64,000 bases of DNA from Psilocybe cubensis (taxonomy: Eukaryota), in contig CM039004.1 of the NCBI GenBank assembly GCA_017499595.2, forward strand, positions 3,348,001 to 3,412,000. The letters run 5' to 3'. How positions within the stretch are numbered: position 1 is the stretch's first letter; each line of letters begins with the position of its first letter. The position numbers and the translations under genes are program-made. Positions 13,402 to 25,532 of the stretch are shown here, piece after piece. Under the pieces are notes generated by a model. That model was not told the origin of the DNA. It ran no database searches and saw only the letters and a program-made list of their open reading frames with translations.

Positions 13402-14140
13402 GTATAAAACCAGTTACTCTGTTTCTTTACTTTCCTTCATACCACGACCATCGCTTCACAGCGAATCCCAAGTACTCTCACAAACATTCTCTTCGAATAA
13501 CACTACGCTTCTTTAAAAGGCATTGATATGCTTGACGAATAACATTTTCCAGCCTCGGGTGCACACGCATCTGAGGCAAACGGCTGAATGCTCTCTCCTA
13601 CCTAGGGTGCATTGGCATCCAAGGAATGGTTGCGGTCTACAATGCGTCTGGTGCTAGCTGATGCGGAACCTGACAACTAGTTGGCGCTCTGATCATTGTT
13701 CTGGTAAGTGTTGTTGTCGCAGAAATTCAAAACATGCAATGGCTGACACCTAATTGTTGTAACATCAGACGAGAGTCATTTGATAAGCCGTTGGTTGATA
13801 TTTTCGGTATTGGCACACAGCATCTCGGATATCTCCAAAACATCTCTAGAGGTCTCGGGTTCGCAATGCCACTTGGGTTGGTGCACAAGATACTTTCATT
13901 GTTTTATCTGATTCTGACATCATGACAAACTACCGCCAGTGCTATCCCATTCCTCACTGCACTCTGGGATGTTTCTCGCCCAACCCTGCTGCCACAAAAA
14001 CAATGACTGGCCCTAGAGGATTCTCTGTTGACGAGTCCGTCATGAGCGACGATATTTTCGTCTTGATTATGATGTCGATTCACCAAAGTCACAGAGATGA
14101 TTCTACTTCAAGGTCAGCTCTTCAAGAGTCATTGCTTTAG
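13402..14140 (+). pseudogene. Decayed spliced transcription unit in duplicate A (product unknown)
   Basis: GGTATAAAA box and GT-AG introns at 13629-13680 and 13704-13768; the second is conserved in copy B. A/B differences are enriched at third codon positions in + frames (LNALSYL.CIGI.G; RES.D.PL.D; KTM.GPRGFSVDESVMSDDIFVLIMMSIH.SHRDDSTSRS). In-frame stops occur in both copies. Confidence 0.4.
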
Positions 14141-14411
14141 TGATGGTTTGGTACATTGTGGTTGGTTGTTCATCATGAACATATCAATTTATATTGTATC
14201 AGTGAGTCATTCAGCAGCTATTAATGGTAAATAGTAATGACCAATTTCGACTTAATTACAGTTTATTTATCGTTCACACCCATTGAAAACGGCTTCAACG
14301 TTCAACTCGAAAGCAATTTCCCCTAGTGTTTTCTCCACGTACGCATATATTGTTACCAATCGTCCGTGGCGTCGCTCCTTTGCTTTTCCTATGAATATTC
14401 CCTCTCCCTCT

Positions 14412-14641
14412 CCTTCCTCCTTCCTCCTTCCTCCTTCCTCCTTCCTCCTTCCTCCTTCCTCCTTCCTCCTTCCTCCTTCCTCCTTCCTCCTTCCTCCTTC
14501 CTCCTTCCTCCTTCCTCCTTCCTCCTTCCTCCTTCCTCCTTCCTCCTTCCTCCTTCCTCCTTCCTCCTTCCTCCTTCCTCCTTCCTCCTTCCTCCTTCCT
14601 CCTTCCTCCTTCCTCCTTCCTCCTTCCTCCTTCCTCCTTCC
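14412..14641. repeat. Perfect (CCTTCCT)n heptamer array, ~33 copies
   Basis: Visible directly; flanked on both sides by CCCTCT units. Confidence 0.95.
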
Positions 14642-15295
14642 TTTCCCTCTCCCTCTCCCATTTTAGGTTTGGCGTGGTTGCTTCTGTGTTTTTGTTGCTT
14701 GTCTTCATGTATTTGTCTCTTGTCTTCATTCTCGTTCCTGGTATTGTTATTGTGTTTGTTCTCGATTTGTTTCTGCCTCTTGTTCTGTTTCTCGGATTGT
14801 AACTGCTTCTTGTTCTGTTTCTCGGATTGTGTCTGCATCTCGACCTGTTTCTTTGTTTGTGTCTAGCGTTTCCGTTCCTGTTCTGTTTGTCGGTCTTGGT
14901 CTCGATTTAGTTTGCATTTTACTATAAAATTTAGAATAAACCGGCCTCCACCTGCTTATTACCAGTAGCACTGTACTATACTCTAGTTAGGCTTACGATA
15001 GAAGGTGCACGCCATGAAAAAAAATCAAGAAAATGGGCCCTTTGGGTTCTATAATCCGTTGTAGGCAGTATTTGAACTTCAGAAGAATTTGTTAATGAGG
15101 CTTCGCCCAACGCACCCTCTATAGCTGGCTACAACCTCGCTCAACTTGAAGTCACCGATATCGCCACAGCCGAATTGCCGACATAAATGTCCGGCCACGA
15201 TGGTATTTGGAGCGGAGATTCATTTCTATCAATGCAAAGTCAAACAAAGCTGATCATCCAACAGTGATTACAACGGCCATACTGATTGTTGATCC

Positions 15296-16318
15296 ATGAG
15301 TCGGACACCTTGGACAAAACCCACCTCATCTTTCCCTTCGGATAGAATCAAACCGAAACCGTCTCCGAACCCAACACAGTCCAAAAATAAAGGAAAAGGA
15401 AACCAGCAGCGCGATGACGAACCACCTAAAAGCAAACCCGTACGCAAGCTTGAGAAGCTACTCTCAGGAATAAGAAAGAGTAAGCTTGATGAAAGGGACC
15501 CGAAAGGAGGGTGTTTTTGTCTTGGTGCGTGAAAAACTCTATTCATTCACGTTTGATGCGAATACACCTTGCACACAGCTCGTACGCATGAGCTGTCTCC
15601 GTACACGCCGTTGTGTCGTTCGTGCGGGCTCATTTTATGTTCCCTGAACGCGCCGTACTATGCATGTCCACACTGTACTGAACCTCTTATCACCGCTTCT
15701 TCTTCACCATCCACATCACGATCAATATCGCGGGACGCTCTCGTTGCACAAATCGAGGCCGAATTGGAGTCCACTCTTGCGGCAGAACAGGCAGCGCGAG
15801 AACGGGAGATAGAACAGGCCAGGATAGAGGCTGGCGCATTCCCAATGCTTCGCGGCGGAAATGGATCTGGGACTGCGTCACCCTCACCTGCAGCGAACAG
15901 GATGGCTGCTGCATCGGCACCTCCCTCACGCCAGTCCCAACCCCAATCCCAGACGCACAAAGTCATGTCCCTCACATCCAAACCAGGGAACGCGCGTGGT
16001 CGCGTGGTGGTCTCCTCATACACTACTGTCACCACACCAGTGCCTTCTCGGCCTAGTTCTCGCAATGCTAACGTGGATGACCTGGAGGAGGGTATAGCAC
16101 CACGAGTACCAGCACCCATTCCATTATCCAAGGAAGTGGCGCCTCCGCCAACCAAAGAACGGCCCTGGCTGAATTACGTTCATGGACCAGTGACGTACAA
16201 ACCACCTTTGCGAGTTGACGATGAGCGTGGTACCGTCGCTGGAACATCGTCATCCAAGCGTAGAAGGGGTAAGGCGAAAGTGAAAAATGATGATGGCGGG
16301 TCAGCAGCAAAGGGATAG
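15296..16318 (+). CDS. C2HC5 zinc-finger protein (zf-C2HC5; ASC-1/TRIP4/Rqt4-like), copy A, 322 aa
   Basis: Exons 15296-15524 and 15579-16318 (phase 1). The spliced motif GGCFCLARTHELSPYTPLCRSCGLILCSLNAPYYACPHC fits CxC-x4-H...C-x2-CG-x3-C...C-x2-C, followed by a coiled coil. Confidence 0.85.
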
Positions 16319-17943
16319 TCAGTTATAACTCCATTCACAGTTTTCTTGATTATGTCCCATTGTTCATTTGCAGATGAATGAAACCATTATCTGGGACACC
16401 GAATATATTCCGCTTGTGTGGCTAGAAAATCTATCGCTTTCTCTCAGGGTCCTGTATTATCATATCTTCACGCGGTTTACTCTGCAGAACAACGACTGCT
16501 GCCTCTTGCACCATCCATCTCCGGACTGATCCGCCGTAAAACTTTAAGAATTTGCTCCAATCTCGACGCCAGTGTTACCATGCTGAAGACTATATTACGC
16601 CGTGTTTCGATGAGCATATGTGCCAGTAGGCAGCACCCCCTGTGTGCTAGTTCGGCGTCTTACGCTGCAGTACGAACGGCATCCATTCTTGTCTTGTATT
16701 TCCCCGAGGCTGGTGTTCCGTTTCACGTACGCCATCTCTTCGTCTGTCATCTTTACTCGTCTCGCCCCACTTTCTCTCCTCGTTTCATGTTCCGTTCCTT
16801 TTTTTTTTGACTTGAATACTCCGGTTTGGTTCTTTCGTATACGCTTTCGTGTCTCGTGTCCTTTAGTCTTCCTCGTCTCCCCTGTTGCCTCTGTCGACCG
16901 ATGGATGTTAGACGTTGGATGGTTCATACCTGATACCCTCTATTCAGTGTATTCAATGGCGAATTTGAAATACATTACTTGCTCTCCGAACTTTGATTCG
17001 CACCGCACATACGCTGCTACATTTACAAGAAGAAAGAGTGGGTGCGGTTGAGGGTGAGTGTGGTCATGCTAGTGCCGGTGGTATGTTAGATCATTTTCTG
17101 TTATTTTTATATCGAAAAATGGACCTTTGCTTTTTGTGATTTATACCGGATTTCACATTGAGCAGCTCCAACAGAACTCTCCGGGCAGGTTAGTAGTGTG
17201 ACAGAGTTTTGAAAGCGACAAACGCCGGCCCAATGTGTGCCGGGTTGCGGTGTCGGATGTGTGCATGCACAAACAAGCACAAAGCCATTGGGTACATGTC
17301 GTCTATTGGACATACAGAATAAATGCAATTTGTGTTTTCCTGGATCATCCGAAGAACATATACCTTTCAAGGCATGGACAGTTGAGGAACGAACCGAAAA
17401 CAATGGCTACCCATGAGGTTTACCGTTGGGACACTCTCCCTTAATGAAATGAGTGGCGACGAGTGGCGTTGGATCGATTTGGGATCCATTGTGTGTGTTC
17501 ATGGGAAGATTCATTGTAACATAATTTTCCACGAATGTCACCCTGAAAAAAATGCCGTAGTACTATAAAGTCGAGGTCTGGCTAAGGGCTACAACGTTTA
17601 TACATGAGGTTGATTTTTTTCAACCTCGAGGTAGTATATACAACGTTACACGGGTGGATGCTGACTCGGAGTTGTTTCCCGGGATGTAAGGGATATTCTG
17701 CGGCCATAACACATCAATCGTGCCTGTTCATGGGAAAACAGAACCTGATTATTGGTCAAAAAGCTGCGACATCATTTTATACACGAGGATTCGACGAATG
17801 ATACTAAACTAAACCCAACAGGGACCTAGAAAATAAGAAATACCCACAGACCTCTTGTCAACCATTGTTCTTCCCTTCTGCTTCGCAAGCCCAAATCAAC
17901 CTCCCTTCATTACCCACCTCCCCTCAGTACGAAGCTCACCGAC

Positions 17944-19762
17944 ATGGATGCAACTCAAGGGCTTGATTTTACCTGCGATTTAGATTTTTGGTTTGCAGAG
18001 ATCACCTCTGACGGTGCATAGTTTCCCTTTTTCTTGATCAAGTCAGATTTCTAATCGATTCCAAATCACTGCATAGACGGTATATTACCAACAGGAAGTG
18101 GTCAAGATACGATACCATTTACATTTTCACCGTTGCCCGCAGCATCGGCAACGGCTCCTTTCAGTTCTGAGACCCCCGGTGCCTCTACAAGCACTCTCCA
18201 AATGACAGAAATGTACCCAGAAAACATTCCACCTCGTCTGGAATCTACAGCTTTGTCGTCAGCTATTTATCCTCTCAATAATGCAGAGGAAACAAATGGT
18301 ACGTCCGATGCTATATACATTCACAAATTGCTACTGACGGCGCAATTCAGCATTATTCAGCTCACCGTCAGAATTGTTTTCCTCTGTGGACCTTGGAATT
18401 GAAACCAGATATTCCCCTCCATCATTTTACGAGCCTGAAGCCCAGCCATTTTCTAGCGACCATGGCAGTAGTATCCTCGATATCCCGTCCCAATCCGATA
18501 ACACTTTCCCGTACCCCTTGATCCCCAATTTTTTCGATGATGATGTCCTCCAGAACAATGATCACGAACATCTACCGATGCCCCTTGAACCATCGTCGAG
18601 GACGGGGCATTTTACACACCCCGTTGAAAATGGCGATTGCAGGACAAGTCAAAATCTACACCTGGATAATCAGTACGTCAATCTTGATCAATGTAGATTG
18701 CAACGTTAATTAATGTATTCAGCTTGACGAATTATCTGTCAACATCGAGTCCGAAGTCATCAAACGCAGCAAAAAAAATCCCAGCCGAGCAATGTCGTTA
18801 CATTGACATTGCTCACGGTGGAATTTGGTTCGGAAATGCTGGACCATCCCCAATGTGGCCTGCGGTTACTCAAAACAATTGGCCAGAAGCGCAGGCACAT
18901 CCAACGCTCTCAAGCGTTGAAGAGCTCATGTCATACTTCGGGACCAGGATGCACCACAACCTCTCAGGCGAGGTTTCGGTTACCAGTGATTTCCGCTCCA
19001 GAAATGGAGAAAAGGAAATCAGGTATACCAAAAAATCCAACCATGCGGAATCAATCCGTGAAGAGAGCTCCGGGGTCACCCCCGTAGAGCCCAATACCCG
19101 GCTCAGACGCCATGGTGGAGGGTATGATAGCTGATTTCCCTTTCTCATCTTCAGAGAGCAAAACTAATGCTGATTCCATTTGATATTTTCTTAGGAAGCT
19201 TAACCTTCCCTCCAGAACCACCGAATGCGACATGTAAGAGCTAATGACTTCTCCAGTCATCATAACAGCTGACTGTGTGTATCTGTCAAAATTAGATCTG
19301 TCGCAAGTACTTCCGCGTATACACGGAAGCGAAGGGAGCACACGCCGGAGAACAACGGGTATGTCTTACGCACCATATTGTCCTTAACCTCCTTGTTAAT
19401 TTTCCATCCCATTCACTCCTTTCAAACGCTCATCCAGGCTTGGAACTCCCACATCCGTTGTGAAAAGGCCACGGATGCGGTCACCACTGGCCGGATCCAG
19501 TGTGACAATGGCCTCGGTGGCGTGCACCGAGGGAGAAAGAGGGGGCAAGAAAAGGGTCCCGGGGACCCTGACTGTGGCACCGCGCCCGCAGATTACGCCA
19601 GCAGCGCCGAGCTGCCTGGCTACTGCATTTCAACAGAGTCATCTGTTGATGCATAAACGGGAGCGCCACCACAAGAACGGCAGGGACACCGGTTTCCAGG
19701 TGATTACCGCTTGCGAAACCCGCGGTACACCATCCAGGCGCTTCAAAGCCAATACTAAATAG
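17944..19762 (+). CDS. Unknown gene X: 479-aa, largely disordered protein with an acidic N-terminus and basic C-terminus
   Basis: Fully phase-consistent 7-exon GT-AG model: 17944-18013, 18077-18298, 18351-18672, 18723-19121, 19195-19233, 19296-19358, 19438-19762. A paralogous relic lies at 6.2-7.1 kb. Confidence 0.75.
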
Positions 19763-22013
19763 ATAAATAATCTTCAGATGTAACATGAAAATAATACCTT
19801 AGACCCCAGTGCTTGATACTATTCCTGAAAATAATGAGCCTCTTTACTGCTATAGGTTGATAGATGTAGACTTTGAGCAAAGAGGAACAGTGTCCAGCGT
19901 GAAATAAGAGATCAGATAAAATTTTGGATCGGGTCGGGCCAATATCTCTTGAGATAATCAAAGAGAAACTGACCGTGGGATATTTTTCTGGTCACGGCTT
20001 TGTTGAAATTAAAAATATCCAAGACTATACAAGTCCCTTTCATGGTGCAGACAGTTTAAAGCTTCTGATATGTGTCTGTAATAATGTAGAAAATATTAAT
20101 GAGCTACTATTTGATTCACCATTGCGAGACAACTCATGTATCAAGCCAGAGAGTGGCGCTTTTATACACCCACCGCCAATTGTGATCCTATCTTACCCTG
20201 TGATTCGCTTGCTTTACTGCTATATTCTATGTCGATTTCGTATAGTTCCAAATAACAGTATTTGCAGAGATTTTGGTTATTTTCGTGTTCACTATAGAGA
20301 CAACACGAGTTATAGGGTAACCACTTTGCATGGTCCGAGCGCGTGAATAATATTCCAAAACCGTTCAGACACTCCATCGGCATCACTGGCTGACCAATGC
20401 GCGAAACGCATCGCCGTTCTTTTTCTCGACTCGTCTTCTCCCACTTCCGCGTCGCTTTGGTATCGGATCTTATTAATCCATGATTTTAACTTGAACGCCT
20501 GCAGATAGTATTCGAGCCTCCAAAGACACCAGAGTAGCAAGAAAGTAAGGCAGGATTTCTCCAAGAGCATGAGCGCGTCTCTTTTTCTCTGTCTATTGAA
20601 TTGTTACTGACAGGTCTGCTTTTCACGTATATAGTTGTGGCACAGCATCCGGTCGACTATAAATTTCTATCAACTATTCTGGGTCTGAGGCTATCCATGT
20701 TCAAGCCCAAACATAGAATCCATGATACTCCCATCCTCATTGAGGGAGTTGAACAGGATGCAAGATGAACACGGATGACGGTGGTATTATCCTAGTGTGT
20801 TTACCCTTTTTTTATGCTTACCCTACCCATATAACTTGATAACTCATCACGGGTCGCGCATTCGCACTCGCTCATGATGCCGGACCCTCTCCAGCTGTCC
20901 CCTCGCAGCGCCAAAATCCAGTAAATCTCAACCCCATTTCCACTCATTCGATACCCAAATTCTCTCCATCCGAGTCGTTAAAGTATCCATCGGGACTAAC
21001 ATTGTCGAATTAACAAGGGACCTCATGAGCTATGTCGGCTCAGTGTCATGTACTCTGTCGTATTCACTGTGAGGCGAATTTACCGTTGAGAAGAATCCAG
21101 GACGGATGATCAAGGATCTATACGCTCAAAATTGCTACGAGCTTTTTGTTGGAAGTTAAAAAGTGGATGGGATTGACCGACAGTCCTGTTGAGTACTGTA
21201 GGCCCGCCGTCCATCATCGACCCTTTGGCACCTACGGCCAATTCGCGTCCCGACACGCGTATATTCCTTCTATACCACATCTCACCTCCTCGCTCCTTGC
21301 AGCAACTCAAACGCCAGACATCGTCACTGCTCGTCGCCTATAACCTTTCTCGAACAAGCGGTGGCCGCACAATCCCTTCAATTTTCTGAGATTACGGCCA
21401 GAACTGCCCTATTTTTCTCCTCCCCTTCATGGAACATGCCATATGACGCTTCTCTCTCAGAACGAGACGATATAAGGTGAACCCCAACGAGCTCTTTTTG
21501 GATTTTTTTTTTCGTTACCTTCGTTCTGTAGTTCCACTGCCGCTCATACCCAATGCAGACTCTCCACACTCATCCACCTCATATCGTTGTTTCAAGGTTC
21601 AAGTCAGCTTTGACATACTCCCATGCCCAACTTCCGCCCTACTCTGGGTTCAAAGTCTCTCGCAGATCCTCAGTCTTTCTTGTTCGTCCCATGCATTATC
21701 ACCCTTCTCTTCCCGAGCTCTACCAAGGGCATGTTGGTACAGATGTGGACCACACCTATGCCCTCCATGTGTTATATGGGACTCTCAACATAGCGCTTAA
21801 CAAATACGTATATATCCAGATAGCTGTGCTCTTCACGCTGTTAATGGAAAGATGTGAGACGTATCAATTCTATTATATTTATAAATAACCAGCGCGTTTT
21901 CACCGACATGTTACCTTTCTTCCGTCGCCCATCACTGTTTGTCCTCTGACCAAATTGCATACGTGTTTGCCCGCAAAGCTAGCCCCTTGAACACGTTCTG
22001 TTGTCTGTCAGTC

Positions 22014-25000
22014 ATGCAGCAATTCCCTGACGCACACCATTTGATGATCACAGGAGGGAACTTTTGTCAGACGCAGAACAATTATGGGACTGGGAGGGAT
22101 GTTGGTGAGCGCCGGGATCCTACATTTTGCAGAAAAGTTGATTCGGAAGAGAGAGCTAGGTCTACACATATTGAAACAACATATAGCCGCTGATGCCATA
22201 TACGATTCTGCGGAGCGTTTCCCGCCAGCTCAATGTCACCCAGGCACCCGTGAGAGGATCATTGAGGCCATAATAGTGTGGGTCAATGAACCGAATCCAG
22301 ATAAACAGGTCTTATGGCTCCATGGTCCCCCAGGTGCTGGGAAATCTGCAGTTAGACACTCGATTGCCACAATTCTGCAAGAGATGTCTGGAAATCAAAA
22401 ATACGGCTCTAGTTTTTTCTTTGCAAAGGGGGCTCCTGGCCGTGGAGATGGGAATAAACTGTTTTGTACCATTGCCTATGAACTCGCGGTCAACTTCCCC
22501 TCATACCGTTCCATACTTGACTCTGTCATGCAGGAGAATCCTACTCTCCCAACCAAATTGGTCAACATTCAACTTCACAATCTGCTTATTAGACCCCTTA
22601 GAAAGGTGTCCAACTGGCCTTCACATCATCCAACAGTTATCATCGATGGCTTTGACGAGTGCTCCGGGGGGAACAGTATGCAAGTTGTGATTCTGTCTAC
22701 CATCTCCAATGCCATCATGCAGCACCGCATTCCTCTACGGTTTTTGATTATCAGCCGTGCAGAATACTGGATTGCCGACGCGTTTGAAACCGGCTGTTTA
22801 AAATTTATCGTTAAACGCCTCTCTTTGAGAGACGATCATGAAGCGGATGCGGGAATCAGACATTATCTATGCGAGGAATTTAACAGGATCTACAACGAGA
22901 ACATTGAAGTGATGCACTCCACCCCTCTCCCATGGCCTGAGAAGCATATTATCGAACGCTTTGTCGCATCCGCTTCAGGACAGTATGTATACGCATCCAC
23001 AATCATAAAATTTGTCGGAGACACCCCACATTGCGATCCCCTTGACCAGCTTCGCCTGTTGACCACAGCGGGACCTCATGAAGCATTTGCATTCTCCGAA
23101 TTGGATAGCTTATATGCTGCCATTTTGTCGTCTTATCCACGCTGGGACACTCTAAAACGTGTTATTACCGCCATTGTATTGAGATGTACAATATCGGAAG
23201 CCGTGATGGAGCACATCTTCAATGTTCCTCCTGCAGAGCTACGCCATATTTTGAGATCTATGCGACCCGTAATTCACAAAACTGAAGTGAAATGTCCCTC
23301 ACTTTTGCAGAGATTGGAATCAACTTTTGGTGCCCCAGCATACCAACAACAATGGCTGACGTTTCATCACCTTTCCTTCAAGGAATTCATAACCGATAGT
23401 TCTAGATCAGGGGAACTCAACATTTCCCAAATTTCTGCAGAGATGACTGTATGGTGCATGCTTATACGGCATCTGGCGGGGTTGTTGCAAGGAGACACGG
23501 ATATCGAAGGAATCGTTACACGGTATGTATTTTATTACATCCCATCGTTTGTTCCTGATTAGGTTCATTTTCACAGTATTAGCATGTCACAATATCGCCA
23601 TTGGTTGGATCTCATGCCGTCCACAATGCGCCCAGAATATTTTGAGCATCCTCCGAAGGAAGGCACCGCAACCATGATTCAAGAGCTGAAAAATTTACTG
23701 GCTGTACTCGACATCTTGTCTCAAGAAGACACTTATACTATTTCCCATGCCGACTATACCTCCTTGCTCCTTGACAAGCTCGGGTATTCCTTACTCAGAC
23801 TCCGCTTTGAGATGGAAAAGAAATCCAAGAAACGATTCAAGCCTGGAATGAAATTATTCAAAGCACTTTCCAACCGTGTTAAATTGGCATTAACCATATC
23901 TGTGCAGCAGGTCCTTGTGACCACACCCATGGACGGGCCCGTCTTTGGACATTTGATTAAACAAAGCTGGGTTGGTCCTTTCCAATATTTTGACATTGCA
24001 GAAATATGCAACGAAACAAACATGAATGATGAAACCATTCTCACTGAGCTTCAAAAAATTAATAGAGTCGTAACTCTATGCTGTACACATGATGGTGTTG
24101 GGCAGGTGAAGATCATTCCTCATTTTTTTAAGCACCAGATCCACACAATTCCGAGTGAATACACTGACGCTTTACGGGTATCAGCATGGGAAGCTCAAAT
24201 CCTAGCTAATATAGCCTCGAAGTTTAGTGACCTTGGGAAGAGGGCATTGCATATAGAAGCGGTTAACTACATTCACATAACTGCATTCCTGGACAATGCC
24301 CGACTATCAGACATCCGTTCACAGCATGACCTGGACGACGCCAATAGGATGACCATACTGAATATTTTAAATGGTCCGCATTTACCTCAAGACACATATT
24401 TTTTGGTACAATACGCGTACACTTCATTGAAGTGGCTTACTAGACAAATGGCAAGCTTTTGTTTTTTATCGAGTTTCTGAATTTTCTTTCTGTAGATGCT
24501 CATTTGAATATAGACAGGTCCGAATAGGCTCGTATTTGAGGAAAACGATTATACGATGATTGGAAAAATGGAGGCTGCTGTGAAGGCCACATTTTCTGCA
24601 CTCCTGCCGCTATACATCGAAGCATCTACGCATTGCACTGCACTGCGAAGTTGCTGCTTTACCTTTGAAGACCTTTCTGTTCACTTATCTGCCAAACCAG
24701 ATGGCACATACTTGTGGTCTAAGGAAAAGGTCTCCGAATCGACGTATGGGGCTCCTGGGCTTTGGATACATCTGATTGATCTCATTAAAATTGCGTCTGA
24801 GAATTGGCATATTGTTCCCGCCGATTTGTATCCCCATTTTTCTTCTTTCCTTCTTAAAGGCCTTTCGGGAGTTTATTACAGCATCCTGCATCCGGAATTT
24901 AAAGAAACCTATGCAACAACTGCGTCAACAACATTCCAAAAATTGATCTGGTGGATGCCTCACGCAATTCCGACAGAGGACAACCTTAATATGATTAGGT

Positions 25001-25289
25001 TGATGCATTATTTATGGCATAAAATGGACCACAATGATCAGCCAATACCTCCACCTCGACTTTGTAATCTAACGATGGATTTCCTGACGGTACGAAATCT
25101 TTTTGTTTTGTATTGAGATATTTATTTTATGCGCGGAAACAGAAATACAGCCCCACGATGCTTCCTGAATCAGAGCTCGGACATCTGAATTCATGGATTT
25201 TGCGACTCAGAAACACGGAGTGTCCCACAGAAGATGATTCCATGACGGACAATAAGGGTACCGGTACTCAATCGGCACGTGAAAAGTAA
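22014..25289 (+). CDS. Fungal NLR-like NACHT-domain (STAND NTPase) protein, ~1016 aa
   Basis: Exons 22014-22104, 22160-23522, 23577-24450, 24514-25089 and 25143-25289, phase consistent, with a GC-AG third intron. Motifs: YDSAERFPPAQCHPGTR, Walker A WLHGPPGAGKSAV, SSFFF, Walker B VIIDGFDEC, RFLIISR, ASGQYVYASTIIKFV, LDSLY and FHHLSFKEFITDSSRSG. Confidence 0.92.
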
Positions 25290-25532
25290 CGCAGATGGAT
25301 GGAAGATATAGCTGTGGTTTTCACCCGCAACTTTCCCGCAACCGCCTCTTCAAAAGACTTATATTGCATGATCACTCAATATCTGTGACATTGAATGGGA
25401 ACCCATCGCACTGGCTCACAAGGGAATTTATCAGCTTTCTGAATCGTTTGAAAATGCATGTTTTAAACTACAGCGTCGTTATGATGGAGGGTTATCAATA
25501 CTGCGTTAATATGTAACCAAGTCACGAGCTTT

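Larger units (their letters stand above)
13290..16320 (+). repeat. Segmental duplication copy A (direct repeat of 34730-37445)
   Basis: Long colinear matches such as gaccaggaggctggaacatc, cataccacgaccatcgcttcacagcga, ggccctagaggattctctgttgacgagtccgtcatgagcgacgatattttcgtcttgat and ctgtactatactctagttaggcttacgatagaag, plus the whole C2HC5 gene. Confidence 0.92.

Noticed and set aside
14283-14866. ORFs with LLPPSSF / KEEGGRR repeats resembling a repeat-peptide (KEP/RiPP) precursor
   Set aside because: They are a translation of the (CCTTCCT)n heptamer: no signal peptide, no codon variation, and the paralogous site has a different motif.
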